From Candidatus Altimarinota bacterium (GTDB taxonomy: Bacteria > Patescibacteriota > Gracilibacteria > 1-14-2-50-48-13), in assembly GCA_046314355.1 (NCBI GenBank), contig JBKBWQ010000001.1:256001-320000 (forward strand): 64,000 nt of DNA. The letters run 5' to 3'. Positions 1 through 10,280 of this stretch are shown here, one piece after another. The stretch's first letter is position 1, and each line of letters opens with the position of its first letter. The notes below the pieces were generated by a model. That model did not search any database. It had not been told where the DNA came from and saw only the letters and a program-made list of their open reading frames with translations. A program made the translations under genes and the position numbers.

Positions 1-1890
1 GCTTGCAAAATGTACTTCGATATTACTGTCAAATTCATTATTGAAATCTGCTACAGGGTATACTTTTACACCTCCTATATTCATCTTTAGATCCTTTGTA
101 TTATTAGCGAGGTACTCAGCACTTACACTTAGATTAGCCTCCTCAGAAAATACTTTATATGGGATTCGTCCATCTGGCAGAGCCATAACAGGGTAATTTT
201 TATTGCCATCATTCGCTTTTAAAAGCACATACTCTGTATTTCCGATTTTGATATGATCATCGATGTACTGCTCTGAGATCAGACCTGCAGTAGGTTTGAT
301 ATCTACAATACCTGCAGACTGTCCGGCAGTTGGAGCAATAGAAGTGTGATTTACACTAGCTTTTGCTGCTGCCGCCTTCGCTATAGCGTTAGCCTTTACT
401 GTCTCAAGAGAAGAGGTAGGTGTACCACTGACTTTTGGAGTAGAGAGTACATCATGTGCAGTCATCAGAAGACCTGCAGCTCCTGTACCTATAACAGCGC
501 CAAGAATAGTTGCTTTCTTTAACCGTGTCTTATTCTCTGTATTAATTTTTTCTCTAATGCTGCTGCTTTCTTTACTAAGACTATTCTTCAGTTCTTCTGT
601 CAGTATGCTGTTACTGCTTTCAAAATCTTTCTTAAGTGTATTGATATGTGCAAGAAAGGCTGTAAGTCCCATGATTCCTGCATCCTTGTCCTGACGTCCG
701 TCTTCAAGAGTCTTATCTATTACTGCTTTTGCGAGCATAAGCTGAAAATACGGATTGTCAGAAGCCTGAAGTTTTCCTTTTATTTCTGCAAATGTAGGAT
801 ATTCTGAGACACCATTAAATACTGTATGAGACAGGTGAGTTTTCACAAATGTTTTCAAAGATTTCAGTTTCTTTCCTTCAGCTACTCGTCCAAATATTGC
901 TGCAGAAATACCTGCACCCACAACTGGTACAAATCTCAAAAGTCCACGTGTAAGTCCTGCTAACGCTACAGCTCCAAATCCAGCTGCTGCTGTTCCACTC
1001 ATAGCAAGTGCTGCAGATGACTTATCTGCTTTGACATTAAATGATCCATCTTTTCCAAGTCGTGTTGCAATGCTTCTTCCAAATCCTGTATCAAGCACTT
1101 TCTGCATGAGGCGTGATCGCGGCTCTTTAGTAGAGTTATTTAAAGCTTTTCCTTTAAGTGTATCTAGAAGCATTTTCTCAGTTCCTCCTGAACGTTCTGC
1201 AAAATGAATAGTTTCATGAAGCTGCTTGTAGAATGTTACAGCATCATCAGAGAGCTCTCCGCTTACTCCATTCTTATATAGGATCTTATTTTTTGTCTCA
1301 TTATATGTCTTCGAACTAGTGAGGTTGGTGACTGCACCCTTTAGAAAAGAAAATGGTTTTTTATACCATGGAGAATTCTTCCATCCCTCTGCAGGCAGTG
1401 CTTTCATTTTCTCATCAGCGAGCATGGCAACTCGATCTTCAAGCATCTGCTTAATTACTTTTTCACTCTCAGAAGCAGGATTTGAAAAAGCTGTCTGAAT
1501 CACATCTCCTGCAAGTTCTGTATACTGATGATCAACCGCAAATGGATCAATCTGAGCAGATGTAGAAACAGTGGCCTCATTAGGTGCAGCTGCTGTTGAG
1601 TCTGCTGTGGCAGGAGCAGATTCTGCAGAAATAGGATCACTATTTACTGAATCAATAAGCGTATCATCGAAATTATCTCCTTCAGTTATTTCTGCTGTTC
1701 GAGCATTAAGAATTTCAGCAATTTTATTACTGGTTTCTGTTGTTTGCCGAAAAATACGCTCAAGTTGTGCCTGTTTTTTTACAAGCTCTTCAGGTGTTAA
1801 TAGTGCTAGTTCCTCAGCTATGGGGAACTGCTTTTCTCTATTCTTATGTCGGTTTCTTGGGTTTGTGCTAGGTGCTTTAATTTCTGCCAT
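1..1890 (-). CDS. Large hypothetical protein (>630 aa, runs off the window) with internal Gly/Ala-rich hydrophobic segments
   Basis: Not in the ORF track because it has no stop in the window. Manual translation from ATG at 1890 (MAEIKAPSTNPRNRHKNREKQF...) found no stop in the stretches read, down to base 1. Contains AALAMSGTAAAGFGAVALAGLTRGLLRFVPVVGAGISAAIFG and ATILGAVIGTGAAGLLM. Confidence 0.85.
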   Translation of the reverse strand, partial: MAEIKAPSTNPRNRHKNREKQFPIAEELALLTPEELVKKQAQLERIFRQTTETSNKIAEILNARTAEITEGDNFDDTLIDSVNSDPISAESAPATADSTAAAPNEATVSTSAQIDPFAVDHQYTELAGDVIQTAFSNPASESEKVIKQMLEDRVAMLADEKMKALPAEGWKNSPWYKKPFSFLKGAVTNLTSSKTYNETKNKILYKNGVSGELSDDAVTFYKQLHETIHFAERSGGTEKMLLDTLKGKALNNSTKEPRSRLMQKVLDTGFGRSIATRLGKDGSFNVKADKSSAALAMSGTAAAGFGAVALAGLTRGLLRFVPVVGAGISAAIFGRVAEGKKLKSLKTFVKTHLSHTVFNGVSEYPTFAEIKGKLQASDNPYFQLMLAKAVIDKTLEDGRQDKDAGIMGLTAFLAHINTLKKDFESSNSILTEELKNSLSKESSSIREKINTENKTRLKKATILGAVIGTGAAGLLMTAHDVLSTPKVSGTPTSSLETVKANAIAKAAAAKASVNHTSIAPTAGQSAGIVDIKPTAGLISEQYIDDHIKIGNTEYVLLKANDGNKNYPVMALPDGRIPYKVFSEEANLSVSAEYLANNTKDLKMNIGGVKVYPVADFNNEFDSNIEVHFAS

Positions 1891-1988
1891 ACCAATGAGA
1901 GTTAATGAAAATTGGTATGGCTACATTACATAATCATCAAAATTTGTCAATAATAAAATTGACGAATTGTAAATATGCCTGTGAATTA

Positions 1989-2354
1989 TTACTTCCTGTT
2001 TAAAAGTCTGCTAATTATATTAGTGGCAGCCTTATTATCTTTTGATGAAGAATGAGTACTTCTTAAGGTAAAAGCTTCCTGATAAATAGCAGATTTCAAT
2101 TCTTCATCTGATTCCTCATCGGCATCCATTGTCTTTAAAATATCTTTTTCATCAAATTCAAGGTACTCAAGGGCTTTATCTATTTCTTGAGTATCTTTTT
2201 CTAGAGCAGCTATTTGCTTCTCTTGCAGTGTAGTTAAAAAAGCAACATCTTCTATTGAGAGTACTCCTTTAGCAAAAATACGTTCTATATAGAGTTCCTC
2301 TGAAGATGTAGAGGCTATTGATTTGAAATAAGTAATGATATCTTGTGTAGTCAT
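1989..2354 (-). CDS. Hypothetical acidic helical protein
   Basis: 121-aa ORF co-oriented with its neighbours, 15 bp downstream of 2370-4064; no recognisable motif. Confidence 0.7.
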   Translation of the reverse strand: MTTQDIITYFKSIASTSSEELYIERIFAKGVLSIEDVAFLTTLQEKQIAALEKDTQEIDKALEYLEFDEKDILKTMDADEESDEELKSAIYQEAFTLRSTHSSSKDNKAATNIISRLLNRK

Positions 2355-2369
2355 ATTGTATTTTGATAA

Positions 2370-4064
2370 TTATGCAGCTTCCTGAAGCTTAGCTACAATC
2401 TCTTTTGGATTCTTTAAAGGTATAGCGAAGATTTTCTGGGATGAATTTTTGTTAGGTGTAAATATTGCCTCTAATTCGTTTTTTTCATTTTTTACGATTG
2501 GTACTTCCTTTACCTTATCATCTAAAGTAATTTTAACAGTTTGAAGACTTGGTCCGGTGCTCCAAAGGTAAGGCTTACTTAGGATCTTTTCTTCAGCAAA
2601 AGTTTTTACTACTTTTTTATCTGCAGAAATAGCAGCTGAAGCTAGTAGGGTCGCAGCCTCTTCTGCTTCTTTATTAGAGATCGTTCTATGGTCAAAAGAG
2701 CGTAGAAATTTTTTCACTGGTGCGGTTTGAGACCATTTCGTAACTCCTGTCTCTGTCTGCATCATAAATGGTTCAGGCTTTGATGACTGGTCTTTTTCTT
2801 CATTATCCATAAAATCTGCATAATACACTTCTCTTGAAGAGTTATCAGGAGAGACTTCCGTCTTAGACTGCATATGCACTTCCTTTTTCTCAGTAGGATT
2901 TTCTCCATTTTGTATGATGAGATTATCTTTCTTTCCTTCGATAAAATCTTTATTTGCCTCCCTATCAATATAAAAAGCTCTCTGTTTATCTTTTCTAAGC
3001 CTTTCAATTATAATTCTTCTTTGTTCAAGAGAAAGTTTCTCAAATCCATTCTTAGGTTTTTCTTTCTGTTCTTGGAGGTTTGAGAGAGTACTCTGAGACT
3101 CTGGACTCTTATTTATTAAAATTTCCTTCTGTTTTTGTAATGCATTGACGAGTGAGACTTCGCCGTTAAACACCATGTATCCATTTGCATCAAATGAATA
3201 GGGAATACGTTTATACGTAGAAGGCTGATTGATATCACGTACAATAATTGTATTTGTGAGTGCATCAGCTTTAAAAGTCTTACCTTCAAACATACTGCTT
3301 CCATAAATAGTTTTCTCATGAGAGACTACTCTTTTCATCATAAAGTTATCTATGGCATCTACACGCTCAAGATCTTCTTTGAGAGTATCAGAAAGATAGT
3401 TGTTCGCTTTCTCTTTTGGATTGAGAGCATTCTTATATGCACTGCGGGTATCCTGATTATGGAGTTTTTTACTATAAAAATCCCTTATACTATCCACAGG
3501 TATTCCACGCTGCTTCATTATGGATACAACCTTCGCGATTCTATTTCTCCGTACTCTATGCTGCCGCATGATAGGACTTCCTGTGAGCGTATTAGAAACT
3601 TTTTGATCCATATATCCAACTTTTTCCATAATACCGGCGATACCTCTTGGCAACGCGTTTGCGAGATCATGCACTTTAATGCCCGTGGCTTTTACATGGT
3701 TCAATACACCTCCAACTGCGAGATACACCTGCCGTAGCTCTTCATTACTTTTTTTATCATTTTTTAGCTTTGCATGCAGTAAACGGTTATGTACATACAT
3801 ATCTGTATTCCACATATACATGAGTGCCTTTCCTCCAAATATCAGGCCTAGTTTTTTACCTTCTTCACTCGCCGCAATTTCTTCCACCTGTTTCTGATTT
3901 TTAAGAGCTTCAGCAGATTTTGCAGCTGAGAGCGTTTTTATTTTTACAGTCTTTTCAGGACTATCGGGCAATGAAAAAATATTCTTTACTGATTCCTCAG
4001 TGGTAAGTTGTTTTTTGTGAAGCTCTGATTCTGTATTTGTGTTTGTTTGTTTATTCGGAAGCAT
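2370..4064 (-). CDS. Hypothetical protein (564 aa)
   Basis: Long ORF starting 3 bp after the gap stop; no recognisable motif or signal peptide. Confidence 0.8.
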   Translation of the reverse strand: MLPNKQTNTNTESELHKKQLTTEESVKNIFSLPDSPEKTVKIKTLSAAKSAEALKNQKQVEEIAASEEGKKLGLIFGGKALMYMWNTDMYVHNRLLHAKLKNDKKSNEELRQVYLAVGGVLNHVKATGIKVHDLANALPRGIAGIMEKVGYMDQKVSNTLTGSPIMRQHRVRRNRIAKVVSIMKQRGIPVDSIRDFYSKKLHNQDTRSAYKNALNPKEKANNYLSDTLKEDLERVDAIDNFMMKRVVSHEKTIYGSSMFEGKTFKADALTNTIIVRDINQPSTYKRIPYSFDANGYMVFNGEVSLVNALQKQKEILINKSPESQSTLSNLQEQKEKPKNGFEKLSLEQRRIIIERLRKDKQRAFYIDREANKDFIEGKKDNLIIQNGENPTEKKEVHMQSKTEVSPDNSSREVYYADFMDNEEKDQSSKPEPFMMQTETGVTKWSQTAPVKKFLRSFDHRTISNKEAEEAATLLASAAISADKKVVKTFAEEKILSKPYLWSTGPSLQTVKITLDDKVKEVPIVKNEKNELEAIFTPNKNSSQKIFAIPLKNPKEIVAKLQEAA

Positions 4065-4067
4065 TGT

Positions 4068-5072
4068 TTACTTTGAAATATAGTAGGCCAGATCTACTAA
4101 ACGGTTAGAATAACCCCACTCATTGTCATACCAGGTGATCACCTTAATAAGATTCGGAGGCATAAAGAAGGTAGAAGGCAGGTCAATAATAGTTGAATTT
4201 TCATTTTTTCTAAAATCCATTGAAACAAGCGGAAGGTCGCTTACAGCCATAATTCCAGACATAGTAGTATTTGCATATTTAGTAAGCAGAGTATTAATCT
4301 CTGTCACATCTTTTGGAGGATTTTTTACAGTACATGTAAAATCACTTAAAGATACTACCGGAGTAGGTACACGTAAAGAAATACCGTCAAGTTTGCCTTC
4401 CAGATCGGGTATCACAGCTGCTACAGATTTTGCAGCACCTGTAGTAGTAGGAATGATCGATTCTGTGGCTGCCCGAGCTCTTCTAAGATCTTTGTGAGGT
4501 GCATCATGCAGTCTTTGGTCCTGCGTAAAGGAATGTACTGTAGTAAGCAGACCGGCTTCAATGCCGTATGCATCATGTAAGACCTTTGCTACTGGAGCGA
4601 GAGAATTTGTTGTACAGCTTGCATTGGATATTATGTTCATCTCAGCTTTATATTCCTTTTCATTCACTCCTAAAACAAATGTAGGCATACTATCTTTTGC
4701 AGGTGCAGAAAGTACCACCTTTTTTGCTCCAGCTTTAATGTGTGCTTCACATCCTTTCATATCCGTAAATACTCCTGTGCATTCAAGCACAATATCCACT
4801 CCTAATGTTTTCCAAGGAAGTACCGCGGGATCTTTCTCTGCAGAGACATGTACTATTTGTGTACCAATAGTTATAGTTTTATCTGTGGATGTAACTTCCT
4901 GAGGATATATTCCATAGAGAGAATCATATTTAAAAAGATGAGCAAGAGTGGCAGAATCAGTGAGATCATTGATCGCCACTAGTTCTAATGTATCCTTATA
5001 TTTGTCCAAAATGATCTTTGCTGCATTTCGTCCAATTCTACCGAATCCGTTGATAGCTACTTTGATTGCCAT
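4068..5072 (-). CDS. gap: Type I glyceraldehyde-3-phosphate dehydrogenase
   Basis: INGFGRIGR NAD-binding motif, catalytic ASCTTN, WYDNEWGYS. Confidence 0.98.
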   Translation of the reverse strand: MAIKVAINGFGRIGRNAAKIILDKYKDTLELVAINDLTDSATLAHLFKYDSLYGIYPQEVTSTDKTITIGTQIVHVSAEKDPAVLPWKTLGVDIVLECTGVFTDMKGCEAHIKAGAKKVVLSAPAKDSMPTFVLGVNEKEYKAEMNIISNASCTTNSLAPVAKVLHDAYGIEAGLLTTVHSFTQDQRLHDAPHKDLRRARAATESIIPTTTGAAKSVAAVIPDLEGKLDGISLRVPTPVVSLSDFTCTVKNPPKDVTEINTLLTKYANTTMSGIMAVSDLPLVSMDFRKNENSTIIDLPSTFFMPPNLIKVITWYDNEWGYSNRLVDLAYYISK

Positions 5073-5306
5073 AGAAAGTAATGAAAAATGTGAATTGATA
5101 TATTATTTTATCATACTTTTCTTGATTTTCGGGAGTATTTTTTTATTATACTGGCGCTTTTCGACTGAAAAAGAGAAGTAAATACAATAGAGACATTGAA
5201 AGGAGTTTTAATGTCTCAAGAAATAAACAAAAATGAAGGCAGAAATGGTCCCAATGCCTAAAGATATACAAAAAATCTTTGTGAGACACTGCTGACAAAG
5301 ATTTTC

Positions 5307-5341
5307 AAAGGAATAATCCATATGTGAATTATTCCTTTTTT
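5307..5341 (+). terminator. Intrinsic terminator-like hairpin
   Basis: aaaggaataat-N10-attattccttt followed by T-tract. Confidence 0.55.
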
Positions 5342-5400
5342 CTAAATTTTCTTGCATTTATTTTTACCGCATGATACATTCTCCCCGCACTTGAAATTCA

Positions 5401-5477
5401 GGGCGATTAGCTCAGTTGGCTAGAGCATCTCGTTTACACCGAGGGGGTCATAGGTTCGAATCCTATATCGCCCACCA
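5401..5477 (+). tRNA. tRNA-Val (anticodon TAC)
   Basis: Cloverleaf: GGGCGAT/ATCGCCC acceptor stem, TT-TAC-AC anticodon loop, GGTTCGAATCC T-arm, encoded CCA. Confidence 0.97.
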
Positions 5478-5688
5478 TCATTTTTTTAAATTTGAATAGT
5501 GGATAGTGAGTACTTAGTAAGTAAGTAGCTCTTTTTTTATTGTAAAATTTTTATAAAGATAAATCATTATTTTGTTTCTGACAAAGAAATATTGTTATTT
5601 CTCATATATATTGAAGTAAATATATGCTTGTTCTTAATGCTGAAAGTGATAATATAATAGATTCCTATTTCATTATTAAAATATAGCT

Positions 5689-6219
5689 ATGACAAATCTA
5701 TTAATTGGTACATTTGCAACTCGAGCTGATGCAGAGGCGGCAGTAAATGAACTTGAAAGTTTAGGGCTAAATCCTAAAGATGTTTCTGTAATTATGAAGG
5801 ATATGGATGAAGCAAAAAGTGTGGCTGAGGGGGCGCCAGTGGCAGACGGTATTGCAACAGGTGCTACTACAGGAGTGCTTTTAGGCGGACTCGCAGGATT
5901 ATTGATAGGTATTGGTGCTATTGCACTACCAGGTATCGGAGGAATAATTGTTGCAGGTCCAATTGCAAGTGCTTTAGGTCTTTCTACCGCAGCTGCTTCT
6001 ACTATCTCAGGAGCACTTACAGGAGGAGCAGCTGGAGGACTTGTAGGTGGTTTAGTAGGATTAGGGCTTCCAGAGGAAGAGGCACAGTACTATGAAGGTA
6101 GAGTACGTGAGGGAGGAATCTTAATAGCAGTACCTACAAGTTTTGGTGAAGGTACTCAGGCAAAAATAATCCTTGAAAAACATAATGCGGAGCAGGTCAG
6201 AGCTATACAGTCTGCTTAA
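5689..6219 (+). CDS. General-stress (YflT-like) glycine-zipper membrane protein
   Basis: N-terminal F.TRADAEAAVNEL, long GxxxG zipper, GLPEEEAQYYEGRVREGGIL. Confidence 0.8.
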   Translation: MTNLLIGTFATRADAEAAVNELESLGLNPKDVSVIMKDMDEAKSVAEGAPVADGIATGATTGVLLGGLAGLLIGIGAIALPGIGGIIVAGPIASALGLSTAAASTISGALTGGAAGGLVGGLVGLGLPEEEAQYYEGRVREGGILIAVPTSFGEGTQAKIILEKHNAEQVRAIQSA

Positions 6220-6236
6220 GTCAGTTATTATTCTAG

Positions 6237-6270
6237 AAAAAAGGTAAATCTACGTAGGTTTACCTTTTTT
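6237..6270 (+). terminator. Intrinsic terminator
   Basis: aaaaaaggtaaatct-acgt-aggtttacctttttt. Confidence 0.8.
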
Positions 6271-6325
6271 CTTTTCTTTCAAAACAAAAAGTGCTTACAT
6301 AAAATATATTACTATTACTCAAAAT

Positions 6326-7462
6326 ATGACTGAAAAATATAAGAATGCCCTTGAACTTCATGAAAAACATCATGGCAAAATGGAAGTAAAAAGCAAAGTT
6401 CCAGTGAGTACAAGAGGGGATCTAGCACTTGCATATACTCCAGGTGTAGCGGATGTGTGCCGTGTAATCGCAGAAGATGCATCTCTTGCAAAGAAATACA
6501 CGCTCAAATCAAATACTATTGCTGTCGTCTCAGACGGTTCTGCTGTACTTGGTCTAGGGAATATTGGAGCAGAAGGAGCTATCCCAGTTATGGAGGGAAA
6601 AGCCATTCTTTTTAAAGAATTTGCAAATGTAGATGCATTTCCTATTTGCCTTCGTACTCAGGATATTGAAGAGATCATAGCAATTGTGAAAAATATTGCT
6701 CCAGTGTTTGGCGGCATCAATTTAGAAGATATAGCAGCTCCAAAATGTTTTGAAATAGAAAAAAGATTAAGAGCAGAACTAGATATTCCAGTATTCCATG
6801 ATGATCAGCATGGCACAGCGGTAGTCGTTCTCGCTGCACTTATCAACGCATTAAAGGTAGCTGGAAAAAATAAAGAAACTGTACATATTGTAATAAATGG
6901 TGCTGGAGCTGCAGGAACAGCAGTTACTGAGCTTTTACTGAAATATGGATTTGAAAATATAACTGTATGCGATTCCCAGGGAGCCATATACAAAGATAGA
7001 AAAAATATTACTGAGGAAAAACTAGATCTCGCGCAAAAGACAAACAAGGATCAAAAATCAGGAACTCTTGCTGATGTTATCGTCGGTCGCGATATTTTTA
7101 TTGGAGTGAGTAAAGGCAATACTCTCACGAAGGATATGGTAAAAAGCATGAATAAAGATCCTATTGTTTTCGCTCTAGCAAATCCTACTCCAGAAATTAT
7201 GCCTCAGGACGCAAAGGAAGCAGGTGCATTTATAGTAGCAACCGGACGTTCAGATTTTCCAAATCAGATTAATAATGTCTTTGTTTTCCCAGGTATTTTC
7301 AGAGGAGCTCTCGATAATAATACCGTGCAGATAACTGATGAGATGCTTGTAAAAGCTGCTGAGAATCTTGCAAATCATGTACAGAATATACATCAAGAGA
7401 ATATTCTTCCTGACTTGTTTGATAAAACAGTAGCTGAGGTTGTAGCGAAAGCAATTCAATAA
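6326..7462 (+). CDS. NAD(P)-dependent malic enzyme (short form)
   Basis: [54 protein letters not shown]. Confidence 0.95.
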   Translation: MTEKYKNALELHEKHHGKMEVKSKVPVSTRGDLALAYTPGVADVCRVIAEDASLAKKYTLKSNTIAVVSDGSAVLGLGNIGAEGAIPVMEGKAILFKEFANVDAFPICLRTQDIEEIIAIVKNIAPVFGGINLEDIAAPKCFEIEKRLRAELDIPVFHDDQHGTAVVVLAALINALKVAGKNKETVHIVINGAGAAGTAVTELLLKYGFENITVCDSQGAIYKDRKNITEEKLDLAQKTNKDQKSGTLADVIVGRDIFIGVSKGNTLTKDMVKSMNKDPIVFALANPTPEIMPQDAKEAGAFIVATGRSDFPNQINNVFVFPGIFRGALDNNTVQITDEMLVKAAENLANHVQNIHQENILPDLFDKTVAEVVAKAIQ

Positions 7463-7550
7463 CAATGCTTGGTAAGCGTTTCTCTTGTTATTTTTTGCGA
7501 GATTTGTATAGTTACGCTATATTTTCTATTTGTTCAGTGACAGCCCTTCT

Positions 7551-8537
7551 ATGTTAACTCTGAAAACGCAGAAAGATGATAAGATTCATCAGTTCCGAAT
7601 TTCTGTTATTTTAACCACATACAATAGACGACCTACTCTTGAGTTAACGCTAAAAGCTTTTGAAGAGCAGACTTTCCCATGGGAATATTTTGAAATTATT
7701 GTTGTAAATGACGGAAGTACGGATGATACGGCAGAGTTTTTAGAGAGATATAAGAATAGAGGAAATTTAAATTTTACATATATTACAAAAGAGAACGAAG
7801 GACAGGGAATAGGACGTAATACAGGTTTCGAACATACAGACGGAGAAGTTATACTATTTGCTCAGGATGATATCATCCCCACTCCAACCTTCCTTCAGGA
7901 GCATTGGAAGGTACATCAGAGATACTTCACGGAAAATTTTATATGCCTTGGCTTTACTACTTGGCATCAGGATCAGAATATTACAGCCTGCATGTTATTT
8001 CTAGAAGATGTAGGAATGCAGTTTAAATACAAAGCACTTGCACAGGCAAAGATTATGGATCATGAGTATGGATTAAGACTTGCATCACACAAGTTCTTTT
8101 ATACTAGTAATATCTCGATGAAACGCTCACTGTTTAGGAGACAGCATTTTGATCCAAGATATAAGAAATATGGTTGGGAAGATGTAGAATTAGGCTTTAG
8201 ACTTGAGAAAGACGAGAGAGCAATCATATTGTATAATCCAAATGCTAAAGCGTATCATATGCATGAAACAGATGTGCCGGATATGGCTAGAAGAATGGAA
8301 CAAGTGGGGAAGAGCGCTAAAGCATCTATGAAAATTAACAAGCGTCTCAAAATAGTTCCTGGGGTGCTAAAAAGAGTTATTTTTACTCTCATCTCTGTCC
8401 CTCCAATATTTACTCTGTTGGAGATGAATGCTAGAAAGACACCTCCAACAAAGGAAAACCCTCTTCCTTTCGGGCTGAAAATATATTACTATGCCCTCAT
8501 GAAAAAGCACTTCCTAAAGGGACTTGCAAAAAAATAA
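7551..8537 (+). CDS. Glycosyltransferase family 2
   Basis: ISVILTTYNR, VVNDGSTD, QDD, YGWEDVELG; start placed at ATG 7551 rather than TTG 7530. Confidence 0.9.
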   Translation: MLTLKTQKDDKIHQFRISVILTTYNRRPTLELTLKAFEEQTFPWEYFEIIVVNDGSTDDTAEFLERYKNRGNLNFTYITKENEGQGIGRNTGFEHTDGEVILFAQDDIIPTPTFLQEHWKVHQRYFTENFICLGFTTWHQDQNITACMLFLEDVGMQFKYKALAQAKIMDHEYGLRLASHKFFYTSNISMKRSLFRRQHFDPRYKKYGWEDVELGFRLEKDERAIILYNPNAKAYHMHETDVPDMARRMEQVGKSAKASMKINKRLKIVPGVLKRVIFTLISVPPIFTLLEMNARKTPPTKENPLPFGLKIYYYALMKKHFLKGLAKK

Positions 8538-8557
8538 TTATTTCATTCCACATCAAC

Positions 8558-10063
8558 ATGATAATGAGTAAAAAAGCACTTATTGTTATCGGTTCATTCT
8601 TTGGTATTTTGTTTCTCTTTCTTGTCCTTCCTTTCATATTCGGAGGCAAACCAGCATCTACTACTACAGGTTCCACTCGTAGTAATCCAGGAGGTGAGAT
8701 AGTATTTTGGAATCTTTTCGATGAGCAGGATCTCTATGCAGGGTTATTTCAGTTATTTGAAAGTCGGAATCCTAAGGTAAAAGTAGTATATAAAAAATAT
8801 ACAAATATACATGATTACGAATCAGACTTCATCAATGAGCTCGCTGAGGGTAAAGGTCCTGATATTATTGCAATTCAGCCTTCATGGCTCCTCAAACATA
8901 AAGGAAAACTTGTTCCTATGCCTGAAAAATCATTTTATTATGGTAACGCAGATAAATTTAAAGATACTTTTCTAGGACCAGCGGCAGATGATTTGATCAT
9001 TAAAGAAAAGGATACTGCTACAAAGCAAGATAAATCTTTTGTGTACGCAGTACCTGTAAGCATGGATTCTCTAGGAGTAATCTATAATAGAGATTTGCTC
9101 ATTAAATATGCTGCAAAAAATATTCCGGCATCCACATGGCAGGGATTTGAGGAGGATGCTAAAAAAATAGTAAGAAAAAGTGCTGACGGCACACAGCTGT
9201 TAAGAGGTGGAGTAGCTCTTGGTGATATGGAGAGTCTTTCACGCTCTATGGACATTGTAGAACTTATGATGCTTCAAAATGGAGTAAGGTTCTATGATCA
9301 AACAATGCGTGAAGTCTCCATGCTGAGTTCTGTCTATGCAAGTGGCAGATCACTGAATCCTGCTGAAGATGCACTGGCTTTCTTCACATCTTTTGGAAAA
9401 AATAGAAATGTCAATTTTTCATGGTCACCTCAACTTACTGCCGAGAAGCCGGCAGATCGAGATATGGGAGCTTTTGTACAAAGTAAGGTTGGTATGATAT
9501 TTGGATATTCCTACTATATTAATGACCTGACAAATCTCGCGAATCAATATAAAACCTCATCGGCTAAGGACATCATAAGTGCTGATTATATAAGAGGCGC
9601 TGAAATACCGCAGATAACTGATACTACTAGTGGTGCGGAGACAAGCAAAGCAGCTCTCGCAAATTATTTCCCACTATCTGTTACTAAAAGTTCAAAGAAT
9701 CCCCAGTACTCATGGGAGCTCATCAATTTTCTTGCACAGCCGGAGCAGCAGCAGTTTCTTTTCAGAAAAGGAAAAAAACTCACGAGCCGTTTTGACCTTG
9801 TAGATGAACAAATGAAAGACCCCGTATATGGTGCATTTGTAAAACAAAATATCTACGCTAAATCCGTACTTATACCTGATGTTGATAAATTATATACAGT
9901 ATTTAAAGAACAGTTTGTAGACTTAAATGCTGGGCGGAAGGATGAAAAACAAGTACTAGTGGAGATCCAAAAAGAATTACAATGTCAGCTTGATAAACTT
10001 AATGCCGAAAGCGGAACGGTACTTCCATGTGAGCAGAAGAATACGGGATTAATACAGAGGTAG
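8558..10063 (+). CDS. Membrane-anchored extracellular solute-binding protein (carbohydrate ABC family-1 type)
   Basis: N-terminal TM helix, EIVFWN, GKGPDII, YAVPVSMDSLGVIYNRDL; no permease genes adjacent. Confidence 0.85.
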   Translation: MIMSKKALIVIGSFFGILFLFLVLPFIFGGKPASTTTGSTRSNPGGEIVFWNLFDEQDLYAGLFQLFESRNPKVKVVYKKYTNIHDYESDFINELAEGKGPDIIAIQPSWLLKHKGKLVPMPEKSFYYGNADKFKDTFLGPAADDLIIKEKDTATKQDKSFVYAVPVSMDSLGVIYNRDLLIKYAAKNIPASTWQGFEEDAKKIVRKSADGTQLLRGGVALGDMESLSRSMDIVELMMLQNGVRFYDQTMREVSMLSSVYASGRSLNPAEDALAFFTSFGKNRNVNFSWSPQLTAEKPADRDMGAFVQSKVGMIFGYSYYINDLTNLANQYKTSSAKDIISADYIRGAEIPQITDTTSGAETSKAALANYFPLSVTKSSKNPQYSWELINFLAQPEQQQFLFRKGKKLTSRFDLVDEQMKDPVYGAFVKQNIYAKSVLIPDVDKLYTVFKEQFVDLNAGRKDEKQVLVEIQKELQCQLDKLNAESGTVLPCEQKNTGLIQR

Positions 10064-10065
10064 AG

Positions 10066-10226
10066 GCTCGAGTAATGGAGTAAGAAGTCATTAAGTAATT
10101 ATGGCTCGGTAATTGGGCTCTCATTATTAGGCTGCAATAATTGAGCTCAATTATTTAATTATTGAGTCCAGTTATTGCAGCCCCAATTACTCCCTCGCCC
10201 CTCACATTTCCTCTTTACTCATACTC
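10066..10226. repeat. Nested palindromic intergenic element, copy 1
   Basis: Perfect 20-bp palindrome aataattgagctcaattatt at 10136-10155; arms ggctgcaataattg / cagttattgcagcc; related copy at 46.7 kb. Confidence 0.8.
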
Positions 10227-10280
10227 TTTTATCCGTATACTTTTACCCGTATATTAGCTTTTTTTAACTAAACCATTTAT

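Noticed and set aside
1571-1933. 120-aa plus-strand ORF and the many other short ORFs overlapping long genes
   Set aside because: Antisense or alternate-frame shadows of well-supported genes; no motifs of their own
5401-6270. Integration at tRNA-Val
   Set aside because: No att repeat or mobility gene found
10066-10226. Palindromic repeats as a CRISPR array
   Set aside because: No regularly spaced direct repeats with unique spacers, and no cas genes
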